Part shown: one piece after another, positions 10,480-20,465 of the stretch | How the letters are laid out: each line of letters opens with the position of its first letter | Numbering within the stretch: position 1 is the stretch's first letter | Source of the DNA: Roseovarius sp. | GTDB taxonomy: Bacteria; Pseudomonadota; Alphaproteobacteria; Rhodobacterales; Rhodobacteraceae | Direction of reading: 5' to 3' | Assembly: GCA_032251095.1 (NCBI GenBank) | Contig: JAVVFB010000001.1 | Location: forward strand, 969 to 64,968 | DNA length: 64,000 nucleotides | Translations under genes and position numbers: made by a program | Notes under the pieces: generated by a model | The model's input: only the letters and a program-made list of their open reading frames with translations | The model's database searches: none | Told to the model about the DNA's origin: nothing

Positions 10480-10668
10480 TTACCGGCCAAATGCATCCCG
10501 GTCGGCCGGGGGGGCGCCGTTCACACCAGAGCGCTGGCGCCGACAGCGTTCGCTGCAATGGCGGACCTCGTCCCAGACGCGGGCCCATTTGCGCCGCCAC
10601 TGCATCGGCCGCCCGCAGGTGGCGCAGGTTTTGATCGGAAGGTCGGCTTTGCGGCGCTGACGGGCCAT
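10480..10668 (-). CDS. DUF2256-type small Cys-rich protein
   Basis: 62 aa, ...KTCATCGRPMQWRRKWARVWDEVRHCSERCRRQR..., the characteristic CxxC...CxxxC DUF2256 pattern. Its ATG overlaps the photolyase stop (TGATG). Confidence 0.8.
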   Translation of the reverse strand: MARQRRKADLPIKTCATCGRPMQWRRKWARVWDEVRHCSERCRRQRSGVNGAPPADRDAFGR

Positions 10669-12151
10669 CAGAAATCGAACCGAAGCTGTGGATTGGCGGG
10701 CTTTGCCTTGCGCGGGCGCTTTCGGCTGGCATGGCGGGTGACGATACGCGCGGTCTCGGCGTCTGATTTCTGCGCCCGGCGCAAGCCCCAGACCACCTCG
10801 CGCGCATGGCGCGCGGCCGTGACCGGATCAACCACCGGCGCGGGATAATGGCGCCCCAAAAGGCGCGCCGCACCCTCCCAGACCCAAGGCGTTTGCAAAT
10901 GCGCATCCGGCACCTCGACCAGTTCCGGAAGCCAGCGGCGGGTAAAGGCGCCGCTCGGGTCCTGATCATGGCCCTGCTTGACCGGGTTGTAAATCCGGAT
11001 CGTATTGATCCCGGTGGTGCCTGATTGCATCTGAACCTGAGGCCAGTGAATGCCCGGCTCGTAATCGGTAAAACGGCGCGCAAGGATCGGCCCGGTGCTG
11101 CGCCAATCCAGCCAGAGGTGATAGGATGCCACCGCCATCAGCATCGCACGCATGCGAAAATTCAACCACCCGGTCGCGTTCAGCGCGCGCATGCAGGCAT
11201 CGACAAACGGCAGGCCGGTTTCGCCCCGGTCCCAGGCCGCAAGCCGCGCCGCATCAGGGGTCAGCGGGCGCACCCCCTCATAGGCCGGGTGAAGACAGCG
11301 ATGCTCGATGCTTGGTTCATCCTCCAGCTTTTGGATAAAGTGATCCCGCCAGGCAAGCCGCGCCTGAAACGCGCGGATCGTGCCGGCCCACTCTGCGCCG
11401 CGCGCCGGGGCGGCGGCAGCGGAAGCGACCACTTCGCGGATCGACAGCGTGCCAAGCGCAAGGTGCGGGCCAAGCCGGGAACAGGCGCGCGCGCCCGTCA
11501 GCGGCGAGGACATGGCGCGCCGATAGCTTCGCCCGCGGGTGGTCAGGAAGCTGTCAAGCGCACGCAAGCCCCGTGCCCGCCCGCCGCTCTGACGCATCGG
11601 ACAAGGATCGTTCAACCCCAATGCCGCCGCCGTGGGGGCGCATCGCTTGCCGCACCCACCATCGCGCGGCACGCCTGCAAGGGCGGGACAAGCGGCGCCG
11701 CCATGAAAGCATTGCGCGTCGCCTGCCAGTGATCGCGCCCCTTCAGGCGGCGCACCACACCCGATTGCGCAAGCTCTTCCCAAGTCACCCCTTGCGCCCG
11801 CGCCCAATCGCCAACACGCAGGTCGCGCGCAAAGCTCCAGCCATTGCCGGTTTCCTCGTGGCTGATCAAATGACGGATGCCGTGGGTGCGACGCAGGTCC
11901 TCAAGCGTGTCAACCGCGTCCCCCACCCTCAGCGTCAGAGGTAGGCCAATTTTTGCAAGCTCAGCACGCAAATCCTCAAGGCAGTCTTGCAAAAACGCAT
12001 AATGGCGCCCGGAGGCATCCGGTTGCTGCCAGCCTTCAGGCTCGATGATATAAAGCGCGATCACCGGGCCAAGCGCCGCGGCACGCGCAAGCGCCGGGTG
12101 ATCACAGCCCCGCAAATCGCGCTTGAACCAACAGATGACCGGCCTTTCCAT
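10668..12151 (-). pseudogene. cryptochrome/photolyase family gene with interrupted reading frame
   Basis: N-terminal alpha/beta domain (MERPVICWFKRDLRGCDHPAL..., 12151 down to about 11636) and FAD-binding domain (...TGWLNFRMRAM...SGTTGINTIRIYNPVKQ..., down to 10668) lie in different frames. The span is 1484 nt (3n+2). The frames join sensibly at the G5 run 11634-11638. Confidence 0.8.
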
Positions 12152-12259
12152 ATGTCCAGAGATAGCGGGATCGCCGCCAAGGGAAAGCCCCCATTGCAGG
12201 CCCGCGCGCCACGCCCTAGGGTCACGGCAAACGCCCCGCCCCTCAAGGAGAAGCACGCG

Positions 12260-14857
12260 ATGAAAGATGCCGCCCCGCAAGCCGTTTACCTCTCGGATTA
12301 CACGCCCCCTGCCTATCTTGTGGATGAGGTACATCTGACCTTTCGCCTTGCACCCGAGGCGACCCGCGTGATCAGCAAGATCGCCTTTCGCCCCAACCCG
12401 GATGCTCAAAGCCGCGCGTTTTTCCTGCATGGCGAGAACCTGCGCCTGATCCGCGCAAAGATCGACGGGGCAGAGATTTCGCCGGATATCACCCCCGAAG
12501 GCCTGCGCGCGACGGTGCCCGATGCGCCCTTCACCTTCGAGGCCGAGGTCGAGATCAACCCGGCCGCCAATACCGCGCTTGAAGGGCTTTATATGTCACC
12601 GCAGAACGCGGGTGCGAGCGGACGCGACAGTCTGCCAATCGAAAATGCCATGTATTGCACCCAATGCGAGGCCGAAGGCTTTCGCAAAATCACCTATTAC
12701 CCCGACCGCCCCGATGTGATGAGCGTGTTCACCGTGCGCATCGAAGGCGATGCGCCGGTGCTGTTGTCCAATGGCGATGCGATCGCAAAGGGGGATGGTT
12801 TTGCCGAATGGCATGATCCCTGGCCAAAACCGGCCTATCTTTTCGCGCTTGTGGCGGGTGATCTTGTCAATCACCCGGATCGTTTCACCACCCGCTCTGG
12901 CCGCGATGTCGAGCTCAACATCTGGGTGCGCCCCGGTGATGAGGGCAAATGCTCCTTCGGGATGGAGGCCCTCAAGAAGTCGATGCAATGGGATGAAGAT
13001 GTCTACGGGCGCGAATATGACCTCGATATCTTCAACATCGTCGCGGTGGATGATTTCAACATGGGGGCGATGGAAAACAAGGGTCTGAACATCTTCAACT
13101 CGTCCTGCGTCCTGTCCACGCCGGAAACCTCGACCGACGCCAATTTCGAACGCATCGAGGCAATCATCGCGCATGAATATTTTCACAACTGGACCGGCAA
13201 CCGGATCACCTGTCGCGACTGGTTTCAGCTTTGCCTGAAAGAGGGGCTGACGGTCTATCGCGATTCCGAATTCACCTCTGACATGCGCTCGGCCCCGGTC
13301 AAGCGGATCTCGGACGTTATTGACCTGCGCGCGCGCCAGTTTCGCGAGGATAACGGCCCGCTGGCCCATCCGGTGCGCCCTGCAAGCTTTGTCGAGATCA
13401 ACAATTTCTACACCGCCACGGTCTATGAAAAGGGCGCCGAATTGATCGGGATGCTCAAGCGGCTGGTGGGCGATGAGGCCTATAAAAAGGCGCTCGATCT
13501 GTATTTTGAACGCCACGACGGTCAGGCCTGTACCATCGAGGATTGGCTGGCGGTGTTCGAAGAGGTCACAGGCCGCGACCTGGCACAGTTCAAACTCTGG
13601 TACGAAGAGGCCGGCACGCCGCGTCTGAAGGTGAGGGATGAGTTTAAGGATGGCACTTATACCATTCATTTTGAACAACAAACACCGGCCACGCCAGGGC
13701 AGGACATCAAACAACCGCGCGTCATTCCGATTGCCGTGGGCCTGCTTGGGGCAAATGGCGACGAGGTTCAGGGCACCCGCCTTCTTGAGATGACGCAAGC
13801 CGCGCAAAGCTTTTCGTTCCACGGATTGGCTGCGCGCCCTATCCCTTCGATTTTACGCGATTTTTCCGCCCCGGTTATTCTGGAACGTGACACCAGCAAC
13901 GCCGAGCGCGCCTTTCTTCTGGCGCATGACACCGATCCCTTCAACAAATGGGAAGCCGGGCGCGCCCTGGCCCGTGACGGTTTGATCGCGATGATCCGCG
14001 AGGGTGCCGCGCCAGACCCCGCCTATCTTGATGCGGTCCAGATGATGGCGCGCGACGACACGCTTGATCCGGCATTTCGCGCGCTTGCACTTGGCCTTCC
14101 AAGTGAGGATGATCTGGCGCAGAGCCTGCATGATATGGGCCATGCCCCAGATCCGCAGATCATCTGGCAGGCGCTTGAGGACCTGCGCCAAGCGCGCGCG
14201 CACCACATAGAGGGGCTGGCGCGCGCGCTTTATGACACATATCAGGTCACCGCGCCCTATCGCCCCGATGCCGATCAGGCCGGCGCGCGGGCCCTGGCGA
14301 ACGCCGCGCTTGCGATGATCTCTCGCGTCGATGGAGGCGCCTTGGCGACCAGGCAATTCGCGGGCGCTGATAACATGACCCAGCAATTGGCGGCGTGGTC
14401 CTGTCTTTTGCAGGCAGGCGCCGGAAAGACCGCGACACAGGCGTTCTATGATCAATGGCAGGAGGATCGGCTTGTGATCGACAAATGGTTCAGCCTTCAG
14501 ATCGTGCACGCCCGCCCCGAAAACACGGCCGAGGTGGCAAGCAAGCTGGCCGCGCATGCAGATTTCAACATCCGCAATCCCAATCGCTTTCGGGCAACAT
14601 TTGGGGCGATGGTGATGTCACCAGCCGGATTTCACCACGCTTCGGGCAAGGGATACCGTGTGCTGGCGGACTGGTTGATCAAGCTTGACCCACTCAATCC
14701 GCAAACCACGGCGCGCATGTGCTCTGCCTTTGAGACATGGCGGCGATATGATGACAAACGCCAAGCCTTGATCCGGGCGGAGCTGGATCGAATCCTCGCC
14801 ACGCCAGGGCTTAGCCGGGATACAACAGAAATGGTCACGCGCATTCGCGGCGTCTGA
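12260..14857 (+). CDS. pepN: aminopeptidase N (M1 family)
   Basis: ATG 12260 follows AAGGAG. GAMEN motif (FNMGAMENKGLNIF) and zinc motif HEYFHNWTGNR. About 865 aa, the usual PepN size. Confidence 0.9.
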   Translation: MKDAAPQAVYLSDYTPPAYLVDEVHLTFRLAPEATRVISKIAFRPNPDAQSRAFFLHGENLRLIRAKIDGAEISPDITPEGLRATVPDAPFTFEAEVEINPAANTALEGLYMSPQNAGASGRDSLPIENAMYCTQCEAEGFRKITYYPDRPDVMSVFTVRIEGDAPVLLSNGDAIAKGDGFAEWHDPWPKPAYLFALVAGDLVNHPDRFTTRSGRDVELNIWVRPGDEGKCSFGMEALKKSMQWDEDVYGREYDLDIFNIVAVDDFNMGAMENKGLNIFNSSCVLSTPETSTDANFERIEAIIAHEYFHNWTGNRITCRDWFQLCLKEGLTVYRDSEFTSDMRSAPVKRISDVIDLRARQFREDNGPLAHPVRPASFVEINNFYTATVYEKGAELIGMLKRLVGDEAYKKALDLYFERHDGQACTIEDWLAVFEEVTGRDLAQFKLWYEEAGTPRLKVRDEFKDGTYTIHFEQQTPATPGQDIKQPRVIPIAVGLLGANGDEVQGTRLLEMTQAAQSFSFHGLAARPIPSILRDFSAPVILERDTSNAERAFLLAHDTDPFNKWEAGRALARDGLIAMIREGAAPDPAYLDAVQMMARDDTLDPAFRALALGLPSEDDLAQSLHDMGHAPDPQIIWQALEDLRQARAHHIEGLARALYDTYQVTAPYRPDADQAGARALANAALAMISRVDGGALATRQFAGADNMTQQLAAWSCLLQAGAGKTATQAFYDQWQEDRLVIDKWFSLQIVHARPENTAEVASKLAAHADFNIRNPNRFRATFGAMVMSPAGFHHASGKGYRVLADWLIKLDPLNPQTTARMCSAFETWRRYDDKRQALIRAELDRILATPGLSRDTTEMVTRIRGV

Positions 14858-14861
14858 GCGG

Positions 14862-14886
14862 CCATTTTCTTATGCGAAGAAAATGG
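14862..14886. terminator. perfect 10-bp stem-loop between convergent pepN and the SLT gene
   Basis: CCATTTTCTT (14862-14871), loop ATGCG, AAGAAAATGG (14877-14886). The stem is AT-rich, so strength is modest. Confidence 0.4.
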
Positions 14887-14915
14887 ATCAGAAAATTCGG
14901 CGAATTTTCTGGGGA

Positions 14916-15578
14916 TCAATCGACGACCTGCGCAAGACGCGCAGGTCTTGCGCGGGGGCGAACCGAGGCAAGCGGCTTACAATAGCTTTGCTCCCGTGTC
15001 CAACGCTGCATCTCCTGGCGCCTTTTGGCGCTCTGCAGCGGCCCCCAATCGGCGGCCACCCCGCGCATACCTTCAGAAACCACCCCGTCGCGCAGCACCG
15101 TATGCGCCATGATCCGCACCGCACAAGACAGATTATCCGGCCCATCCCTCAAAGCCTCGCCAGAACCGGCGCGACATTTATAGCCACGCGCCGTCGCAGG
15201 CAGGATCTGCAACAGCCCGTACCACCGCCCCCCGCCGCCTATGGCACGCGGATCATAGGTGCTTTCGTGCTTGGCCAGGGCCGACAGAAACCCGACCCAG
15301 AACGCCCGGCGATTGGCATCGCTTGCCACCGGATAGGCCGGGCACCAGGTTGCGATGTCGCGTGGCACCACCTGCGTCAGCGCCGCGCCATGGGCCTTGA
15401 GCGCCGAGAGTGCAGTGCGCGTCAAAAGAGGCGCATCGGCGCGATGATCCCACCTTGTGCGCGGAATATTGCCTTCACGTGCTGGAGGATTCGGGGCAAA
15501 AACGCCGATTCCGCCCTCTTCAGCAAGGCCGTAGAGGGGAAAAACAGTAACAAAAACAACAAATAGCAGCTTTCTCAT
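14916..15578 (-). CDS. lytic transglycosylase (SLT domain) with signal peptide
   Basis: MRKLLFVVFVTVFPLYGLA signal-like N-terminus from ATG 15578. SLT core ...ALAKHESTYDPRAIGGGGRWYGLLQILPATARGY... Confidence 0.75.
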   Translation of the reverse strand: MRKLLFVVFVTVFPLYGLAEEGGIGVFAPNPPAREGNIPRTRWDHRADAPLLTRTALSALKAHGAALTQVVPRDIATWCPAYPVASDANRRAFWVGFLSALAKHESTYDPRAIGGGGRWYGLLQILPATARGYKCRAGSGEALRDGPDNLSCAVRIMAHTVLRDGVVSEGMRGVAADWGPLQSAKRRQEMQRWTREQSYCKPLASVRPRARPARLAQVVD

Positions 15579-15717
15579 TCTGTAAGTGTGCCCCGGTTCG
15601 CGCAGCAAAGCAATCTTTCGGGCCGATGATGCAAATTCCCTGCCTTCACCAAAGCCTCGCCCTCTTTTGGCCGAAAAGCGGCGTCAGATTGACCCAAAGC
15701 AGCACGCCGGAGACGCC

Positions 15718-17001
15718 ATGCCTTTCGAACCACTTGCAGACTCAGAAAACTTCAGCCCCGGCCATCGCCCTCGCAAGGGTCGCGAGGGGCGACTCCTGCC
15801 TGACTTGTTCGGGTTGCTGCGGCGCAAGCCGCAGACCGATCTGGACAGTCTGACAAAACGCATCCTGTTGCCCTCTTTGCCCGTCACGGATGAGGAAATG
15901 GCCCGCGCCACCCATCAGGACAAGGGCCAGAAACTGGCCCGCCAGGAAATGTGGGAAGAGCTTGCCCGCCTCATCGAATATGGCGACAGCGCGCGGTTGC
16001 GCACGCCGGGGGGCGAGAATGCCACGATGCTTTTGTCCTATGGCGCGCGCGCCGATGTGGTGGCGGCGGCAGAGGATTCCCTGCATGATCGCGTCGTGCC
16101 GGACCCTTCGGGCATCAATGCACTTGAAGAAATGCGGGCCGAATTTCATGATAACTATGCCTGTGCGCTGATCGTGGCCCTGACCCATATCGACATTGGC
16201 TGGGCCTGGCGCGCCACCGCGACCGAGCGGCGCGCCGTCGAGCATGAGGCGCAGTTTCATCTGCATTTCAAGCGGGCCGACGACATTCTGGCCCCCTTTG
16301 ACGGGATAGACCTCGATGCGCCATCACTGGCCTCGGCGCAATGCGCGCTTTTGGCCGGGCGTCAGAAACCGCGCCTGCGGGTGGCGGATGATTACGAGAA
16401 ACTGATCGACCTTGACCCCGACAGCCCGCGCCATATGCGTGCCCTGGGCGAGGCGCTTTTGCCGGCCCGCTATGGCAGCTATGACATGCTTGACCTTGAG
16501 GCGCGGCGCACCGCCGCGCGCACCGGCGAGATTTGGGGCGCAGGTGGCTATGCCTGGGTTTACCTTGACGCGCTAGCGCTTGATCCGGGGGCGCTTGAAC
16601 GGCTTGATTGCGATTTCTTCATTGATGGTCTGCGCGATATCGTGTCGCGCAAGCACGATCAGCATGTCATCAACCAACTTTCCGCCTTTTGCGGCATCAT
16701 CATGACCCCGCGCAACGGCAAGGCGCGCCTGCCTGCGGGCGCCGATTCAAGCCGCGCGCGCATTCATGACTGTCTTGACTGGCTTCTGGAAAATCACCTG
16801 CATGAATTGCACCCGCTGATCTGGTCGCAAACCCTGCTCAATCCGGGCCTCACCCCTGCCCTGCCGTCGCGGCGCGCCCTGGTGGCCAAGGGGCGGCAAA
16901 CCGCCCTTCGGGTGATTGCAGAGCGCTTTGCCGAAGATATCGAGGACGGGAGCTCGATCGCGTTTTCAAGTTCCGGCATGTATCGCTTGCCCGCTCTCTG
17001 A
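15718..17001 (+). CDS. hypothetical protein (427 aa), no domain recognised
   Basis: ATG 15718 follows GGAGA. Long open frame with normal GC3 bias. I see no recognisable motif. Confidence 0.6.
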   Translation: MPFEPLADSENFSPGHRPRKGREGRLLPDLFGLLRRKPQTDLDSLTKRILLPSLPVTDEEMARATHQDKGQKLARQEMWEELARLIEYGDSARLRTPGGENATMLLSYGARADVVAAAEDSLHDRVVPDPSGINALEEMRAEFHDNYACALIVALTHIDIGWAWRATATERRAVEHEAQFHLHFKRADDILAPFDGIDLDAPSLASAQCALLAGRQKPRLRVADDYEKLIDLDPDSPRHMRALGEALLPARYGSYDMLDLEARRTAARTGEIWGAGGYAWVYLDALALDPGALERLDCDFFIDGLRDIVSRKHDQHVINQLSAFCGIIMTPRNGKARLPAGADSSRARIHDCLDWLLENHLHELHPLIWSQTLLNPGLTPALPSRRALVAKGRQTALRVIAERFAEDIEDGSSIAFSSSGMYRLPAL

Positions 17002-17007
17002 GCCGCC

Positions 17008-17958
17008 TCAGGCGGATTTGCGAAGGTCGCGCGGGCTGGCGCCGTAATGGCGCCGCATCGCACGGGCCATTGCGGCGGGGGATTCATAGCCACAGCGAAG
17101 GGCGATTTCGGCGATGCCAAGGCTGGTGCCCTCAAGCATCTTGCGTGCCGACGAGAGGCGCAGATGCCGGTAAACCGTGCCCGGCGGCGCGCCAAGACCC
17201 GCGCGAAACCGCCGATCAAGCGTGCGCGCCTGACACGACAGGCGGCGCGCAAGCTCGGCCTGTGACAGGGGCCGCTCAAGCGTGTCGCGCATCACGATCA
17301 GCGCCCGGCGCACAAGCGCATCGCCCACCGCCTGCCCCTCGCGGGTCGCGCTGACCGGGGGATCGCCATGGATGAACATCGCCTCGACATCAAGGCGCAC
17401 CGACAGCCCCAAGTGATCCGCAATCAACCCAAGCGTCAGGTCAAGCGCCGACATCGCCCCGGCGCAGGTCATATAGGGCCCATCGCTCAGAACCCGCGCG
17501 CGCGCCACCTCGATATCGAGAAACCGCTCGGTAAAGGCGTCAAGCAGGTCCCAATGCACCGTCGCGCGCCGCCCGTTGAGCAAACCCGCCGAGGCCAAAA
17601 GCCATGGCCCCGCATCCAGCCCCACCACGTTTTTGGCCCGCGTCACCGCAGCGCGCAGAGCGCGGCGGGTATCGGCGGTGTCGTGCTTGCTATGGGCATA
17701 GCTTGCCACAACGAACAGGTAATCGCAGGTCTCAAGCGCCTTGAGCGGCTTGTGCGGAAGCACCTGCATGCCCGAAGACGACAGGACCGGTTCGCCGGTG
17801 CGGGTCAGGATTTGCCAGTCGAAACTTGGCCGCCGCGTCAGGGTATTGGCCGCGCGCAGTGGCTCAAGACAGTTGGCAAGGCACAGGTTTGAGAACTGAT
17901 CAAAGATCAGGAAGGCAATGCTGACCGGGGCGTCTGGTGTTTTTGTCCATTCAGGCAT
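17008..17958 (-). CDS. GlxA/CdhR-type AraC-family transcriptional regulator (DJ-1/PfpI-like N-domain + AraC HTH)
   Basis: N-terminal [25 protein letters not shown] (GATase1-like) and C-terminal AraC HTH ...[28 protein letters not shown].... Divergent from the carnitine-type genes. Confidence 0.8.
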   Translation of the reverse strand: MPEWTKTPDAPVSIAFLIFDQFSNLCLANCLEPLRAANTLTRRPSFDWQILTRTGEPVLSSSGMQVLPHKPLKALETCDYLFVVASYAHSKHDTADTRRALRAAVTRAKNVVGLDAGPWLLASAGLLNGRRATVHWDLLDAFTERFLDIEVARARVLSDGPYMTCAGAMSALDLTLGLIADHLGLSVRLDVEAMFIHGDPPVSATREGQAVGDALVRRALIVMRDTLERPLSQAELARRLSCQARTLDRRFRAGLGAPPGTVYRHLRLSSARKMLEGTSLGIAEIALRCGYESPAAMARAMRRHYGASPRDLRKSA

Positions 17959-18039
17959 GATTTTTGTCTTTTACGGCAAGATAAAAGGCAGCACCAGCGC
18001 GCTAGGCTATCCCAGACCATCACCCCCGGAGGAGCCACC

Positions 18040-18954
18040 ATGCCGCTTACCATGAACCGCGAGGTTTTCATCACCTGTGCCCTCACCGGATCGGGAAGCA
18101 CCCAAGACAAAAGTCCGCATGTCCCGCGCTCGCCCAAACAGATCGCCGAGAGCGCGATTGCGGCGGCCAAGGCAGGGGCGGCGGTGGTGCATTGCCATGT
18201 GCGCGACCCTGAAACCGGCGCGCCGTCGCGCGATCTCAGGCTCTTCCGCGAGTTGACCGACCGCATCCGTGACAGCGATACCGATGTTGTGCTGAACCTG
18301 ACAGCGGGCATGGGCGGCGACATGATCTTTGGCGGGGTGGAATCCCCCCTGCCCCTTTCGCCCAAGGGCACCGATATGGCTGGGGCGACCGAGCGCGTGG
18401 CCCATGTCGCCGAATGTCTGCCCGAGATTTGCACGCTCGACTGCGGCACGATGAATTTCGCCGAGGCCGATTATGTCATGACCAACACCCCCGGCATGTT
18501 GCAGGCTATGGGCCGGATGATGACCGATCTGGGCGTCAAACCCGAGATCGAAGCCTTTGACACCGGCCACCTGTGGTATGCCAAGCAACTGGTCAAGGAT
18601 GGCATTTTGGAACCCGACGCGCTTGTTCAACTCTGCATGGGCGTGCCGTGGGGGGCACCGGATGACCTCAATACCTTCATGGCGATGGTCAATAACGTGC
18701 CGGATAATTGGACGTTTTCCGCCTTTGGTCTTGGCCGCAACCAGATGCCCTATGTGGCGGCCTCGGTCCTTGCGGGGGGTAATGTGCGCGTCGGGCTTGA
18801 GGATAACCTGATGCTGGATCGCGGCGTGCTGGCGAGCAATGCGCAACTGGTCGAGCGCGCGGTCGGGATCATCGAGAACCTTGGCGCGCGGGTGATCGGC
18901 CCGCAAGAGGTGCGCGACAGGCTGGGCCTGACGAAACAGGCGCCGCGCGGATGA
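18040..18954 (+). CDS. 3-keto-5-aminohexanoate cleavage enzyme family (BKACE/DUF849); probable dehydrocarnitine cleavage enzyme
   Basis: 304 aa, ...[52 protein letters not shown]... is the BKACE N-terminal signature. Sits next to a carnitine dehydrogenase-like gene. Confidence 0.8.
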   Translation: MPLTMNREVFITCALTGSGSTQDKSPHVPRSPKQIAESAIAAAKAGAAVVHCHVRDPETGAPSRDLRLFRELTDRIRDSDTDVVLNLTAGMGGDMIFGGVESPLPLSPKGTDMAGATERVAHVAECLPEICTLDCGTMNFAEADYVMTNTPGMLQAMGRMMTDLGVKPEIEAFDTGHLWYAKQLVKDGILEPDALVQLCMGVPWGAPDDLNTFMAMVNNVPDNWTFSAFGLGRNQMPYVAASVLAGGNVRVGLEDNLMLDRGVLASNAQLVERAVGIIENLGARVIGPQEVRDRLGLTKQAPRG

Positions 18955-19049
18955 GCATGCGCATCGTATTTACCAGCGGCGCATCGGGGATCGGGCTTGG
19001 GCTTGCCAAACGCTTTGCGGCGCGCGGTGACGCTGGCCAACAGGAGTGA
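18951..19049 (+). pseudogene. 32-codon remnant of a short-chain dehydrogenase/reductase (SDR) gene
   Basis: [32 protein letters not shown]. It contains the SDR cofactor motif T-x-G-x-x-x-G-I-G and stops after about 30 residues. Its ATG overlaps the BKACE stop (ATGA). Confidence 0.5.
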
Positions 19050-19054
19050 CAAAG

Positions 19055-20464
19055 ATGAAGAATACAGCGGCAATTATCGGCGGTGGCGTGATCGGCGGCG
19101 GATGGGCGGCGCGGTTCCTGCTCAACGGTTGGGATGTGCGGGTGTTCGACCCAGACCCAGAGGCCAAGCGCAAGATCGGCGAGGTGCTTGGCAATGCGCG
19201 CCACGCGTTGCCGATGCTCTATGATGTGGCCCTGCCCACCGAAGGCGCATTGAGCTTTCACAGCACCATGTCCGACGCGGTGGCGGGTGCGACGTGGATT
19301 CAGGAAAGCGTGCCCGAGCGTCTCGCCCTCAAGCGCAAGGTTTACCAGACCTTGCAGGAGCATTGCGACGCGGGCGCGATCATCGGCTCGTCGACCTCTG
19401 GCTTCAAACCCTCGCAATTGCAGGGCTGCGCCACGCGCCCCGAACAGATCGTGGTGACCCATCCGTTCAACCCGGTCTATCTTTTGCCGCTGATCGAACT
19501 GGTCACGACCGACAAGAACAGCGCCGATCTTGTGGCACGGGCCAGTGACACCCTGACCACGCTTGGTCTCTATCCGCTTCATGTCAAAAAGGAAATCGAC
19601 GCCCATATCGCCGATCGTTTCCTAGAGGCGGTCTGGCGCGAGGCGCTCTGGCTTATCAAGGACGGGATCGCCACGACCGAGGAAATCGACAATGCGATCC
19701 GCTTTGGTTTCGGCCTTCGCTGGGGGCAGATGGGCCTGTTCGAGACCTATCGCATCGCCGGGGGCGAGGCCGGGATGAGGCATTTCATTGACCAATTCGG
19801 CCCCTGCCTCTCTTGGCCCTGGACCAAGTTGATGGATGTGCCGGAACTGACCGAAGAATTGGCCCAGATGATCGCCGATCAATCCGATGCGCAATCCGGT
19901 CACCTGAGCATCCGCGAGCTTGAGCGCAAGCGCGACAACAACCTGATCGCGATGATGCGCGCCCTGCGCCAGCAAGGCAACGCCGCCGGGCGGCTGATCA
20001 ACGCGCATCAGGTGACGTTCCGCCCCGTGCTGAGCGATGGCCCGCCGATTGTCAGCGCGCGCCGCGTTATCCCGGCCGATTGGACCGACTATAACGGCCA
20101 TATGAACGAGGGCCGTTATGGCCAGATCTTTAGCGACGCCGCCGATGCGGTGATGACCCATGTCGGCGCCGATGCCGCCTATATCGCGGCGGGCAATAGC
20201 TATTTCACCGCCGAGACCACGATCAGGTTTCTGGCCGAGGCCCAGGCCGGTGAGCCTGTCATCGTCGAAACCCGTGTGACCCAAGGGTCGGGCAAAAAGC
20301 TGCGCTGTCATCACGAGATGAAGCGCGAAAGCGATGGGGCGGTTCTGGCCACGGCGGATCAGTTCATGCTGCATGTGAACCTTGAAACGCGCCGGTCGTG
20401 CGATCCCCTGCCCGAGGTTCTGGCGCGGGTCGAGGCGCTGGCCGCTTTGCACAGGGAAGACTGA
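19055..20464 (+). CDS. L-carnitine dehydrogenase-like (3-hydroxyacyl-CoA dehydrogenase fold) fused to a C-terminal hotdog thioesterase
   Basis: ATG 19055 lies 8 nt after AGGAG. Rossmann AAIIGGGVIGGGWAARFLLNGWDVRVFDP. C-terminal ~140 aa ...DWTDYNGHMNEGRYGQIFSDA... is thioesterase-like. Confidence 0.75.
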   Translation: MKNTAAIIGGGVIGGGWAARFLLNGWDVRVFDPDPEAKRKIGEVLGNARHALPMLYDVALPTEGALSFHSTMSDAVAGATWIQESVPERLALKRKVYQTLQEHCDAGAIIGSSTSGFKPSQLQGCATRPEQIVVTHPFNPVYLLPLIELVTTDKNSADLVARASDTLTTLGLYPLHVKKEIDAHIADRFLEAVWREALWLIKDGIATTEEIDNAIRFGFGLRWGQMGLFETYRIAGGEAGMRHFIDQFGPCLSWPWTKLMDVPELTEELAQMIADQSDAQSGHLSIRELERKRDNNLIAMMRALRQQGNAAGRLINAHQVTFRPVLSDGPPIVSARRVIPADWTDYNGHMNEGRYGQIFSDAADAVMTHVGADAAYIAAGNSYFTAETTIRFLAEAQAGEPVIVETRVTQGSGKKLRCHHEMKRESDGAVLATADQFMLHVNLETRRSCDPLPEVLARVEALAALHRED

Positions 20465-20465
20465 G

